This document shows positions 47,913 through 57,640 of a stretch of DNA of 64,000 nucleotides, in pieces. Position 1 is the stretch's first letter. Every line of letters begins with the position of its first letter. Location: contig JAFXZI010000014.1 in the NCBI GenBank assembly GCA_017541325.1, positions 45,741 to 109,740 on the forward strand, in the 5' to 3' direction. The DNA comes from Bacilli bacterium. Lineage in GTDB: Bacteria; Bacillota_I; Bacilli_A; RF39; UBA660. Both the position numbers and the translations under genes were made by a program. The notes under the pieces were generated by a model, which made no database searches, had not been told where the DNA came from, and saw only the letters and a list, made by a program, of their open reading frames with translations.

Positions 47913-48734
47913 ATGATAAATATGAATAAAAACAAATTAATAATAGTTAGTATTATTTGTATCTTATTATTTTCTTTTAGTTTTTATTATATATCTTTTA
48001 ATAAAGAGAAAAATAATAAAGAAATTAATAAAAAAGACGAACCAATTATAAATAATGAAAAAGATGATAATAAGAAAGATGAAGAAACGCAAGTAATAGA
48101 TAGTACAGAAACAAAAGATGATAAACAAGAAGTAACCGAAACAAATACTAATACAACTACAAACAATACTAATACTACTAAAGAAACAACTACTAATACT
48201 AAAAAGAGTAATACAACTTCTACTAGCAAAAGTAATACAACAAAAAAGAGTAATACTAATACTAGTACAAATACAAAAAAACCAACTAGTCAAAATAATA
48301 CTAATCATTCTAGTAGTACTACTCAACAAAATAATAACACAAGCACTAGCAGTAACAACAATAATACAAGTAGTAGTAATAACAACACTTCTACTACACC
48401 ACCAGAAACACCTTCAACACCTACAATTACATATTCTTGTCCTAGTGGATATACTCTAAATGGTACTAAATGTACAATAACTGTAAATGCTAGTTTAGTA
48501 TGTCCAGATAATACAACGGAATCTATTAATGATAGTTGTATCAATCTAAGTGAAGGGTATGAAAGTCAAAGCGAAGAATGTCCAAGTGGATATATTATGA
48601 TTAAAATGATTGGTATTGGTATACCTGATAAATATATGTGTCATCCTGCACACTCAAAAGTATATAGATGTGAAAGTGGTTATACTTTAAGTAATAATAA
48701 ATGTACTAAAACAATTGATGCAACACAAAATTAA
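47913..48734 (+). CDS. Secreted protein: signal-anchor, Thr/Asn/Ser-rich low-complexity stalk, C-terminal triple CxSGY(T/I)(L/M)...KC(T) repeat
   Basis: 273 aa. N-terminal TM. About 120 aa of T/N/S/K low complexity. Repeats YSCPSGYTLNGTKCTIT / ECPSGYIMIK / YRCESGYTLSNNKCTKT. One of only three plus-strand genes in the window. Confidence 0.5.
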   Translation: MINMNKNKLIIVSIICILLFSFSFYYISFNKEKNNKEINKKDEPIINNEKDDNKKDEETQVIDSTETKDDKQEVTETNTNTTTNNTNTTKETTTNTKKSNTTSTSKSNTTKKSNTNTSTNTKKPTSQNNTNHSSSTTQQNNNTSTSSNNNNTSSSNNNTSTTPPETPSTPTITYSCPSGYTLNGTKCTITVNASLVCPDNTTESINDSCINLSEGYESQSEECPSGYIMIKMIGIGIPDKYMCHPAHSKVYRCESGYTLSNNKCTKTIDATQN

Positions 48735-48764
48735 AACTATTAACTTAATGTTAATAGTTTTTTA
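48735..48764. terminator. Bidirectional terminator between the plus-strand secreted-protein gene and the minus-strand GNAT-like gene
   Basis: AACTATTAAC-ttaat-GTTAATAGTT perfect 10-bp stem flanked by A-run (5') and TTTTTTATTT (3'). Confidence 0.65.
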
Positions 48765-49460
48765 TTTGGTATGATTTCTAATTGTACTTTCAGATTTTAC
48801 TTCAGCAATATCCCTATCTAATAATTGATAATCAGCACGTAATCTTTTTTGACTTTGAAGCGGTAATAAAACATTATCTAATGAAACAAATCCACTCATA
48901 GTATGAATAATACTATAATTATCTTCTTTAAAAGAATTTGTACCAACAAATACTTTTTCATGTTTAGGATCTTTAAAAGATAAATACTTCGTTTTATCCA
49001 AACTATCTAGACTTCGACATATAGTAATAACTTCAGGTCTTGTTTCATATAAAGATTTATCTAGTATTTCAAATCCATAAGTTTTTAATAAATATAGTAA
49101 AAATGGTTTTCTTTGTTTAGGATTAACTCCTAAAAAATCATATCCATTATTAAGACACATATCTATCCATGAAGCAACCAAAAAAGAACCAATATTTAAA
49201 TCGCGAAACTCAGGATTTACTTTTATACCTATAAAATCACTTCTTTTTTGTTCATGATCTAAATAGAAATATAAATATCCTTGCATCACTAATCTGTCTC
49301 CAATAGGTGAAAAAGCATTTATGTAAAATTTAGGGCGATGAGAACCATCATCAAAAGATCTTCTTAAATATAATTTTTGATCATAATTTCCTGAAAATAC
49401 ATCATCTTTATATATTATTTCTTCCCCTTCAGGAATTTGTTTAAAAGTATCCATATGCAC
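48762..49460 (-). CDS. Hypothetical protein with GNAT-acetyltransferase-like core plus C-terminal extension
   Basis: 232 aa. FIGIKVNPEFRDLNIGSFLVASWIDMCLNNGYDF resembles GNAT motif A (R/Q-x-x-G-x-G/A). 4-nt gap to the upstream 1153-aa gene (operonic). Confidence 0.4.
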   Translation of the reverse strand: MHMDTFKQIPEGEEIIYKDDVFSGNYDQKLYLRRSFDDGSHRPKFYINAFSPIGDRLVMQGYLYFYLDHEQKRSDFIGIKVNPEFRDLNIGSFLVASWIDMCLNNGYDFLGVNPKQRKPFLLYLLKTYGFEILDKSLYETRPEVITICRSLDSLDKTKYLSFKDPKHEKVFVGTNSFKEDNYSIIHTMSGFVSLDNVLLPLQSQKRLRADYQLLDRDIAEVKSESTIRNHTK

Positions 49461-49464
49461 CTCT

Positions 49465-52400
49465 TTAATTTCTACTAACAGTTCTATCAGTTGTAAGAGA
49501 ATCTGTTAAGTGTGTTGATCTATCTTGTATTCTTGTTTCTGTACCTTTCATATATTTTCTACAAGCTTCAACCATATTACGGTATCCCTCTTCTCTCATA
49601 TTATCTGATACAAATTCATCAAATCCTTTTCCATAAAAGTTTCTACCAAAGTCATATACTTTATATTTTTCTTTAAATTCTTCAAAAGATACCATTCTTC
49701 CATCAGGAGTTAAAGCAGCTGATAAGAAACTTCTACAAGCGTCAGTAAAACTTCCTCCATTTTGTAAAATCCAGTTTTCTACACCAACTCCACCTAAACC
49801 TCCTGTACTATCTGGAGAATGTGCTGGTTTATAACATTCATTTTCTTTTAAGAACTTTTTAGCAAATATAATATTATCTAGTACTCTCTGATATTTTAAA
49901 GGATCTTGTCGTTTAATATTTTCTAATCTATCTTTTAAACATTCATCTGTACTATAAAAATCCATTTCATCTTTTTTAACGTAAGATATATCTAAATCAA
50001 CCGGTTCTTCAAGTCCTGGAATAACTACTCCTTTTAACCTTAAATTACCATTTGCAAGTACTTGTCCATCTTCTACAGCTTTTTCATAATTAATTCCTAA
50101 TTTAGCACATATAGTTTTACTTAATTCTTCTGGTTTTTCACGTACATCTATTCTCATAATAAAATCAAAGTCACTTGTTATTTCTGTATTAGTTCCTCTT
50201 CCAGTTGAACCTGTATCGATTAAATCTACTCCTCCTAAAGTTAAATCTTCAGATTGAGATGAACTAAATCTTAAACCTCTTTCACTCATAGCTTCAGCAA
50301 CAACTCTATTAATATGAGCTCTTTTGTTATTAGAGTCTTCTATTAATTTTTGATTATTATAATCTGGAACATCATCTAAATGAGATGAGAAAGTATATTC
50401 TTCACATCCATATCTAGATAATCCAGACATTTTACTTCTTATTAAATCATATTCTTCTGGTGTAAATAGTAGTTTCCCAGTATTTTTATCATATACCGGA
50501 ATATAAAAACCATTTAAAGCGATTGCAAATTTAGTATCTTCAACAAGCATTTCTCTTCTTTTTAATTCATCTTCATTTAGATTATCTGTATCACCTTTTT
50601 TTATAGTAGGATCAATTATGACATAGTCTATATCACAAGAACCAAATCCAGTTCTAATTCCCCATTCAATTCCTGTTGAAAAGACTTCTTTTCCATAACA
50701 TACTTCAGAAGACTTCTTAGTATCTGCATCTCTAGTCACTTTAAATCTTCCATCATTTTTAATAACAAACCAAATTGGTCCCCATCCACTAGAATATGAA
50801 TTATCTACTCTATCTTTTACTTTTCTTTCTTTTCCAATTCTTGTAAGATCTGTATCACATGGAGTTTGATCACTTCCAGGAGTCCCTACCCCTAAATATT
50901 CTTTGGCTAGAGAACCATTTTGTAATATATCATATAAGAATTGTGTATCTCCAATTCCTTTTAAGAAATCTCCTTCTTCAAGTGAAATCCCTTCTCTTGC
51001 ATATCTTCTTCCTCTTATATCTGCTCTTGTTTTTGATTCATCCATCATTGTTTTTAGTTGTTCAAAAGATTTAATACCACCCATAAATCCAAACATTCTA
51101 ACAATTCTATCTGGAAGATCATATCTTGAAGTAGTTCCAAACAAAGAATGAAGTTTATTTAAATCTTCTTTAGTATCACCAGATAATTCGACTGGATGTT
51201 CTCTTCCTGCTTTTGATTGATTATAAACCGCCTCTAAATGTTTTAAAAAAGTAGTAAGTATCTTTTTATTTCTATCATCTAAACTCTCAATATCTACTTC
51301 ATTTGATGTTATTAGTAAATATAGAGCATTTCCTCTTTCAATAGTATTTAAATAATTTCTTAAAGATAGATTATTAGATTCTGCAGCTATTCTAATTAAA
51401 TCACCTAAAATAACCATATTTCTTCTTTCATCATCTATATTAGATAATGTTGGACTCATCATATCTTCTTTAACTGTTTCAAAATCAAATTCAGGATACA
51501 TTATTTTATATATTAAAAATCTTTTTGCCATTTCCGGAAGATTATTATGAATAAATACATTTTCTATTTTTGCAAGTTTATCTTCATAATTATCTGGATT
51601 ATTTAAAATTTGTCCTAGTATTTCACAAAAGAATTTATTTAATTCTTTACAATTGGAATTCTCCATATGTTTTTTTAAACACTCGTAAACTTCAATTAGT
51701 TTTGATGCTTTTTTATCATCTATACTAAGGAGTGAACCATCAGAAAATATTTTATCTATTAATACTCCAGCTGAATCATAATTACCTCTTGATATTTTAA
51801 TTAAAACTTCAAACATTGATCTTGAAATACCTAATTTTTCATAATCATATTCATCTAATAAATTCATATTATATTGTTCGATATATTCAAAAACATGTAA
51901 TAGGTTAATTTTACCAATAAACTCTCTAAAATGATCTTCATTAAACATTAATTCCCCTGATTTACTAAGTCTAAATACTTTATTAAAATCTATTGTTTCA
52001 TTTTCTTCATCATGAAAAACATGTCGTCTAAAATCCATAAATAAATAATATGGATAATAAGATGACTCTAATATTTTTAATTCTACTTCTGTTAAATGTT
52101 TTGCAAGTTCTGGTATTACTTTACCATCTTGAATAAATGGCCTTGATGTAGATTCAAACGGATCAATCAATTCATATAACTTATCATTAACTAATAAATA
52201 ATATCCATCAATAGAAAATGCTTCTTTTATATTATTTCTATTTAAACTCCCTTTTTTTAATAAATTCTTAATTAAACTAAAATATTCATCTACATTAGAT
52301 TTTCTTTTATAGTTACCATCTCTAACAACAGTAATAAATTTAGAAACATCTTCTCCAAATAGTTTTTTTATAAAATCACTTGAAAAAGTATTTTTACGAA

Positions 52401-52926
52401 AATAAAAATTTATATTTCCATCAATAAAATAATCAGCACCTTTACTTAATAATAAATCATAGAATTCTGATTTAATTTTATTATTTTCATCAAATATATC
52501 TGAAATAGTTAATCCTTTAAATTTTAATAAATATGTAAGTACACATCCTAAAAGTGCTCTATCATTTGGTTTAAAAGACTTAGTTAATTCTCTAAACGCT
52601 TCTGCTTTTTTTAAATCTTCTTCACTAAAAGAGTTTTCCCAGTTAACACCAAGATTAGATAAGAATTTTTGAACATCAGGTGATAATAAAATAGCCGGAT
52701 TTCCATTAAATGTTCCATTTGAATTAATGAAATCTAATAAATTTTGTGCTGATAAATGTTTTTTATTTAAAATTTTAGAAAAAGAATCTGTAACTGATGA
52801 ATAATCATAATAATGACTAATTGTTTCTCTAAGTTCATCTAATGGTCCTCTTCTTAATAATCTTTTAAATCTTCTTTTACCATATAAAAACCATGTAAAA
52901 GCATTATATCGCATTAATATCACCAC
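49465..52926 (-). CDS. Large (1153 aa) multidomain protein with C-terminal Pol-beta-superfamily nucleotidyltransferase domain
   Basis: Residues about 905-925 DTGSTGRGTNTEITSDFDFIMRID form the minimal NTase core GS-x9-SDxD(h). Downstream acidic residues (VDLDISY). Later Gly-rich DSTGGLGGVGVENWILQNGG. About 850 N-terminal residues without a recognisable motif. No TM. Confidence 0.5.
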   Translation of the reverse strand: MVILMRYNAFTWFLYGKRRFKRLLRRGPLDELRETISHYYDYSSVTDSFSKILNKKHLSAQNLLDFINSNGTFNGNPAILLSPDVQKFLSNLGVNWENSFSEEDLKKAEAFRELTKSFKPNDRALLGCVLTYLLKFKGLTISDIFDENNKIKSEFYDLLLSKGADYFIDGNINFYFRKNTFSSDFIKKLFGEDVSKFITVVRDGNYKRKSNVDEYFSLIKNLLKKGSLNRNNIKEAFSIDGYYLLVNDKLYELIDPFESTSRPFIQDGKVIPELAKHLTEVELKILESSYYPYYLFMDFRRHVFHDEENETIDFNKVFRLSKSGELMFNEDHFREFIGKINLLHVFEYIEQYNMNLLDEYDYEKLGISRSMFEVLIKISRGNYDSAGVLIDKIFSDGSLLSIDDKKASKLIEVYECLKKHMENSNCKELNKFFCEILGQILNNPDNYEDKLAKIENVFIHNNLPEMAKRFLIYKIMYPEFDFETVKEDMMSPTLSNIDDERRNMVILGDLIRIAAESNNLSLRNYLNTIERGNALYLLITSNEVDIESLDDRNKKILTTFLKHLEAVYNQSKAGREHPVELSGDTKEDLNKLHSLFGTTSRYDLPDRIVRMFGFMGGIKSFEQLKTMMDESKTRADIRGRRYAREGISLEEGDFLKGIGDTQFLYDILQNGSLAKEYLGVGTPGSDQTPCDTDLTRIGKERKVKDRVDNSYSSGWGPIWFVIKNDGRFKVTRDADTKKSSEVCYGKEVFSTGIEWGIRTGFGSCDIDYVIIDPTIKKGDTDNLNEDELKRREMLVEDTKFAIALNGFYIPVYDKNTGKLLFTPEEYDLIRSKMSGLSRYGCEEYTFSSHLDDVPDYNNQKLIEDSNNKRAHINRVVAEAMSERGLRFSSSQSEDLTLGGVDLIDTGSTGRGTNTEITSDFDFIMRIDVREKPEELSKTICAKLGINYEKAVEDGQVLANGNLRLKGVVIPGLEEPVDLDISYVKKDEMDFYSTDECLKDRLENIKRQDPLKYQRVLDNIIFAKKFLKENECYKPAHSPDSTGGLGGVGVENWILQNGGSFTDACRSFLSAALTPDGRMVSFEEFKEKYKVYDFGRNFYGKGFDEFVSDNMREEGYRNMVEACRKYMKGTETRIQDRSTHLTDSLTTDRTVSRN

Positions 52927-53000
52927 ACTTTATTATTATCTATTTTAATTATAACACGACTAAAGATTTAAATAATTCTATTTGACAACTAATCCGTAAA

Positions 53001-53033
53001 ACAAAAAACAAAAAAAGTCCTCAAAAAGGACTT
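53001..53033 (-). terminator. Intrinsic terminator of the tRNA operon
   Basis: AAGTCCT-caaaa-AGGACTT (7-bp stem) followed on the minus strand by UUUUUUGUUUUUUG. Confidence 0.65.
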
Positions 53034-53044
53034 TAATAACAACA

Positions 53045-53121
53045 TGGTGACCAGTACGGGATTCGGACCCGTGTATCCTGCCGTGAAAGGGCAGTGTGTT
53101 AAACCGCTTCACCAACTGGCC
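53045..53121 (-). tRNA. tRNA-Glu (anticodon UUC)
   Basis: Minus-strand sequence GGCCAGTTGGTGAAGCGG...CTGCCCTTTCACGGCAG...CGGGTCCGAATCCCGTACTGGTCACCA. Cloverleaf with anticodon loop CUUUCAC. Encoded CCA. Confidence 0.85.
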
Positions 53122-53126
53122 ATAAA

Positions 53127-53203
53127 TGGCGCCTCAACTGGGACTTGAACCTAGGACCCCTTGATTAACAGTCAAGTGCTCTAACCAACTGAGCTATTGA
53201 GGC
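53127..53203 (-). tRNA. tRNA-Asn (anticodon GUU)
   Basis: GCCTCAATAGCTCAGTTGGTTAGAGC...CTTGACTGTTAATCAAG...GGTTCAAGTCCCAGTTGAGGCGCCA. Anticodon loop CUGUUAA. Encoded CCA. Confidence 0.85.
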
Positions 53204-53206
53204 AAC

Positions 53207-53283
<77 letters not shown>

Positions 53284-53323
53284 ATACTTACAACTTCTTC
53301 TCTCAAATCAGTCATACTTCTAA

Positions 53324-53352
53324 ATTGTATAATAAGAAATAGAAAAATGCAA
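53324..53352 (-). promoter_or_regulatory. Promoter of the tRNA operon (TTGCAT-17 nt-TACAAT)
   Basis: Minus-strand TTGCAT at 53352..53347, TACAAT at 53329..53324, 17-nt spacer. About 40 nt upstream of tRNA-Ile 5' end. Confidence 0.5.
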
Positions 53353-53367
53353 GTATTTTTTTCTTTT

Positions 53368-54012
53368 TTATTTAATGTCAAAGTCTTTTACTTTGCCATA
53401 ATCCTTATATTCTAATTCAACTATTACCTTTCTTGCTGCTTCTCCTCTTGCAATAGCATAATTAGTATAATCAATAGTTACTTTACTTATATGATTATCC
53501 TTATATTTTATTTTAATTGTATTTAGACTTTTATCATTTACTTCAATATCATATGCTAAAGCAAAATTAGTAGTTGAAAGTTTATATATTTTATCTTTTT
53601 TATCATATTCACTCATATTAATTATTTTATTAATTTCATTTATATTAAAATAATCAATATAAAAATAAGGTTTTTTAGTTAATACATAATCATTATCTTT
53701 TTTTATTAAAGCAATATCTTTATATATATAATAATCATTTTCTTCTTTATCTTTAGTTACTCTAAATGATTCTTTATCATTGAATTTTTTTCCTTCATAT
53801 ATATAAGTATCATCATTAATAGTTAACTTATAAGTATAATAATAATTATTTTTAGTAAGATTATCTTCTTTAACAGGATTTTCTTGAATTTTAGAATCAT
53901 TTATTCTTACTATTACTATCATAAAGATAATTATTAATAAATAAATAGCACCAACTACATAATTCTTTATTCTCTGTTCTTTCTCAGTTTCTTTTTTTGT
54001 TTTCTTTTTCAT
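53368..54012 (-). CDS. Hypothetical membrane-anchored protein (214 aa), Lys/Tyr/Asp-rich ectodomain
   Basis: Basic N-terminus, single TM (VVGAIYLLIIIFMIVIV), then repetitive KD/YY-rich sequence. 1-nt gap after fmt. Confidence 0.4.
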   Translation of the reverse strand: MKKKTKKETEKEQRIKNYVVGAIYLLIIIFMIVIVRINDSKIQENPVKEDNLTKNNYYYTYKLTINDDTYIYEGKKFNDKESFRVTKDKEENDYYIYKDIALIKKDNDYVLTKKPYFYIDYFNINEINKIINMSEYDKKDKIYKLSTTNFALAYDIEVNDKSLNTIKIKYKDNHISKVTIDYTNYAIARGEAARKVIVELEYKDYGKVKDFDIK

Positions 54013-54013
54013 T

Positions 54014-54961
54014 TTATTCCCCTTTATTAAAGATTTTTCCTAATAATTTATCTCCATCATGTCCATTAAAATAATCCTTCATAAGTACTCTTTTACCACC
54101 AGCAAATTTTATATCTGTAATTATTACTTCTCCATCTTTACAAGCAACACCAATTCCATCTTTATATATTTTTCCAATTTCACCTAGTTGTTTTTCTGTA
54201 TAAAAATCATTTGTTTTACGAGAATTATATATCTTTACTATTTCTCCATCTAACACTGCATATCCTCCTGGGAATGGAGATAACGCTCTAATTTGGTTAT
54301 ATACAGTATTAGCATCTTTACTAAAATCAATTAACTCATCATCTCTCGTAATAATTGGTGCAAAAGTAGCTTCACTATCATTTTGTTTAATACTTTCATT
54401 AGTACCATTAATAATATCAGGTAATGTTTTTAAAAGAAGATCTCTACCTACTATAGATAATTTATCATGTAATGTTTCAAAATTATCATCTTCTTTAATT
54501 TCTACTACTTCTTTAGATATCATATTTCCTGTATCCATATGTTCATCCATATACATTATAGTGATTCCAGTTTCTTTTTCTCCATTTAATATTGCTCTTT
54601 GAATTGGAGCTCCACCTCTATATTTTGGAAGTAAAGATGCATGAACATTTATACAACCAAGTTTAGGTGTTTCAAGTATCTCTTTTGGAATTATTTGACC
54701 ATATGCACAAGTTACTATTAAATCTGGTTTTCTCATTGTTACTTCATTATATTCTTTTCTTATTTTTTCAGGTTGAATAACAACTATTCCATATTTTTCA
54801 GCTAATAACTTAACTGGACTTTTTCTTAATTCTTTATGTCTACCTACTTCTTTATCAGGTTGAGTAACAACTGCTATAACATTATAATTATCTATTAAAC
54901 TTTGTAAAATAGGTACACAAAAATCAGGAGTACCCATAAAAATAACATCTATCTTTTTCAA
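54014..54961 (-). CDS. fmt: Methionyl-tRNA formyltransferase
   Basis: FMGTPDF..., HASLLPKYRG SLYG motif region, C-terminal domain. Start reassigned to TTG at 54961 (GGTGA 6 nt upstream; (M)KKIDVIFMGTPDF). The upstream ATG at 55006 adds 15 hydrophobic residues and overlaps the upstream gene stop. Confidence 0.85.
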   Translation of the reverse strand: MKKIDVIFMGTPDFCVPILQSLIDNYNVIAVVTQPDKEVGRHKELRKSPVKLLAEKYGIVVIQPEKIRKEYNEVTMRKPDLIVTCAYGQIIPKEILETPKLGCINVHASLLPKYRGGAPIQRAILNGEKETGITIMYMDEHMDTGNMISKEVVEIKEDDNFETLHDKLSIVGRDLLLKTLPDIINGTNESIKQNDSEATFAPIITRDDELIDFSKDANTVYNQIRALSPFPGGYAVLDGEIVKIYNSRKTNDFYTEKQLGEIGKIYKDGIGVACKDGEVIITDIKFAGGKRVLMKDYFNGHDGDKLLGKIFNKGE

Positions 54962-55015
54962 TTTAATCACCAATCTAATTATAAAATAATAAAAACTAAT
55001 AATCAATTAAGATTA

Positions 55016-57556
55016 TTAGTTTAATTCTGTAGGTGGTTCTTCCAAAGCTTGTTCACCATCTAATTCTCTTTTTTCTCCAATTGTTGTTGTATTTACTTCT
55101 GTCATCATAACTTTAACAGTTTCTCCCTCTTTATCTGGTGTAACATTAGAGGTTTTATGTGATCTATATCTTTTTGCAGTTGTTGAATTATCATAAGTAG
55201 TCTTACTACTTGAATAATCTTTTTCAGCAATTTCTGCAGCTTTTGATTTTACTTGCCACTCAGTATAAGCATTACTTCTTCTCTCGTTATATGCTTCTGT
55301 TGATTCTCCTTCATATTGACCAGTTTCAATTACTTCACGATATTTATTCTCTGCAGCTTGTGCAGCGACAATAGCATTTTTCAAATTATCTCTACTTGTT
55401 TCCAGTGCCTTTCCACCTAAATTAGTTTTTCTATATTGAGCATCAGCTCTACTTTTGTTAACACTATTTTGGAAGGCTCTATTTACACTTCCTTTTAATC
55501 TATTAGCATCTAATTGAGTCTCACTATCAATTGTATTCCAAGCATTTCTTAATTGGTCGTTCGCAGCACTTCTATATCTTTCGTTCATACCACGAACACC
55601 TTCTTTAAGACTTCCTCTAATTCCAGCACCACTAGCAAGTCCTGATACTAAACCAGATCCAAATCCTAAAACACCACCAGTTACATTTCCTAAGAAACTA
55701 CCATTATGTGTATCAAGTCCAAAGAATTTATTTAAGTATTTAGGTGACTGATAAACAAATAGTAATAAGCCAACTATTAAGAATGATTTTAAATATAAAA
55801 GTCTAAGTGGCGTTATACCAGTACCTTCTGCACCTTCCCAAGTAATAAATAAATCATTTATTTTTATTTCAGAAGCTAAATATAAAATCATATACATTAA
55901 GCCAATTTTAATAAATAAATCTACAAATGTAATTGCTGTTTCTTTTAACCATTCTTTTAATGGATCATTTTCATCTCTATATGGACTAATATTAAGAAGG
56001 ATTGGAATTGGTGCTAACATTTCTAATACTAAAAGTCTAAAGAACCTAACTCCAGCACTTACTGTTATTCCAACAAGAAGGAATAATGTAATCATTCCAA
56101 CTATAGTAGATAATAAATATCTATATTCATAACTATATCCAGGATTTTTACCATCTCTTCCAAATGGACTTACATCATTTATATGTTTTACAAAATCATC
56201 AATTGATGCAATATCTTTACTTCCATCAATAGATGCAAATTCTTGTTTTTTATTAGTATAATTTGGATGAAAGAATGGAGATAATACAACTACTGCTAAA
56301 TCATCCGATATTTTTTCTATATCTTTCTGCGCTTCATCTTCGTTTTGACCCAATAATACTTTTGGAACTATTGGTATAAAAGTATATTGAATTCTATATG
56401 CAAGTTCAAATAAACCAGGAGTCATTAATAAAAGTATTAACATTGCAATTGTTTTAAATATTAAAGTTCTACTTCCTTTAAATCTATCCGTTAATTCATC
56501 TGGATTAAACATATATCTTATAAATGTTAAACTAAGTCTAAATAGCATTATAATACCTAAAACTACATATATCTTATTTCTAACATTACTAACAATATCT
56601 GTATATATTCTAAGTCTTGCTATATCGAATAAACCTTGAATTACCCAAATAATAGATGAATATATATAATAATCTAAAGTAAAGAATACACTTCTTACAA
56701 CATTAACAAATTTATATCCTTTAAATATTGTTAATTCTGTAGATTGAACATTTATATTTCCTAGAACTGCACTGCTATATATTTCTCCAGTTTCATAAAG
56801 TAATAACGCTTTATTTTCTGATACAGTAAGAGATACTAAGTTATTATTACCAACTTTCATTTCATTAGATATATAATATGTTTTTTTATGTTTTCCTCTT
56901 AAATCAAATATATATATTACATTTCCATTTTTCTCAACAGAATCAAATATCTTTTCTCCAGTAGAATTATGAGTTATTAAATAAACATATCCCGTACTAT
57001 AACTTAAATCATTTCTAGTACCTCTAATATCTACATCAAAATTATTTTCTAACTTTTTCTCTTCGCTATAGACACTACCTTTTTTACCATCGTATGTAAA
57101 ATATCTATTAAATCTATTAGAAAAAGCAATATGACTACCAGATAAATTTATAGTACTTGTCTCAGTTAAAGTTTCCATATCAATAACTGAATATTGTCCA
57201 CTGCCTTTACTTGCTAATAAAGTATTAGTATTAGGATCATATGAAATACTTGCACTACTACTTAAATTAAATCTTTTTTCTTCTAAAACACTATATGTAT
57301 TTTTATCTAAAAACATAAGTGTACCATTACCTCTAGATACAACTAAATAATCTCTAGTTGAAGCAATAGATTTAAAAGTACTATTACCACCTAAGCCATC
57401 AGTCTTAGATAGTTTTTTTTCTAAACTAATATCTATTACTTCTGTAAGTCTTTTTTTAGATAATCCTCTTAAGTTATTTTTAATATCTTCAACCGCAAAA
57501 ACACTTACAGGAATCATAAGTAATAATAAAATTAATACTAAATATCTTCTCCTCAT
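55016..57556 (-). CDS. Large membrane protein: signal peptide, beta-rich (propeller-like) N-terminal domain, polytopic core with about 10 TM helices, C-terminal Gly-rich and coiled-coil tail
   Basis: 846 aa. Signal MRRRYLVLILLLLMIPVSVFA. Residues about 30-270 are beta-strand-rich. Multiple 20-25-aa hydrophobic helices from about 280-640. Then GGVLGFGSGLVSGLASGAG and a Q/N/K/A/E-rich tail. Has its own promoter/RBS (AAGGTGG). Confidence 0.45.
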   Translation of the reverse strand: MRRRYLVLILLLLMIPVSVFAVEDIKNNLRGLSKKRLTEVIDISLEKKLSKTDGLGGNSTFKSIASTRDYLVVSRGNGTLMFLDKNTYSVLEEKRFNLSSSASISYDPNTNTLLASKGSGQYSVIDMETLTETSTINLSGSHIAFSNRFNRYFTYDGKKGSVYSEEKKLENNFDVDIRGTRNDLSYSTGYVYLITHNSTGEKIFDSVEKNGNVIYIFDLRGKHKKTYYISNEMKVGNNNLVSLTVSENKALLLYETGEIYSSAVLGNINVQSTELTIFKGYKFVNVVRSVFFTLDYYIYSSIIWVIQGLFDIARLRIYTDIVSNVRNKIYVVLGIIMLFRLSLTFIRYMFNPDELTDRFKGSRTLIFKTIAMLILLLMTPGLFELAYRIQYTFIPIVPKVLLGQNEDEAQKDIEKISDDLAVVVLSPFFHPNYTNKKQEFASIDGSKDIASIDDFVKHINDVSPFGRDGKNPGYSYEYRYLLSTIVGMITLFLLVGITVSAGVRFFRLLVLEMLAPIPILLNISPYRDENDPLKEWLKETAITFVDLFIKIGLMYMILYLASEIKINDLFITWEGAEGTGITPLRLLYLKSFLIVGLLLFVYQSPKYLNKFFGLDTHNGSFLGNVTGGVLGFGSGLVSGLASGAGIRGSLKEGVRGMNERYRSAANDQLRNAWNTIDSETQLDANRLKGSVNRAFQNSVNKSRADAQYRKTNLGGKALETSRDNLKNAIVAAQAAENKYREVIETGQYEGESTEAYNERRSNAYTEWQVKSKAAEIAEKDYSSSKTTYDNSTTAKRYRSHKTSNVTPDKEGETVKVMMTEVNTTTIGEKRELDGEQALEEPPTELN

Positions 57557-57610
57557 GGCTTACCACCTTATTATAATTATATCAAATAGATAAGCATTAT
57601 TAAACAAAAT

Positions 57611-57640
57611 ATAAAAAAAGAAAAAGACTTTACAAGTCTT
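57611..57640 (-). terminator. Intrinsic terminator after the Bat-like locus (overlaps the TPR gene stop)
   Basis: AAGACTT-tac-AAGTCTT hairpin followed on the minus strand by UUUCUUUUUUUAU. Confidence 0.55.

Noticed and set aside
47967-48544. Three minus-strand ORFs (120, 80, 73 aa) inside the 47913..48734 gene
   Set aside because: Antisense to a T/N-rich low-complexity coding region. They encode poly-V/L/F nonsense with no RBS; compositional artefacts.
47804-53044. tRNA-associated genomic island carrying the NTase operon
   Set aside because: The block does abut the 3' side of tRNA-Glu. However, I found no integrase/recombinase, no direct repeat of the tRNA 3' end near 47804..47912 or 48735..48764, and no obvious GC shift. 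Kept only as a weak contextual note in the NTase finding.
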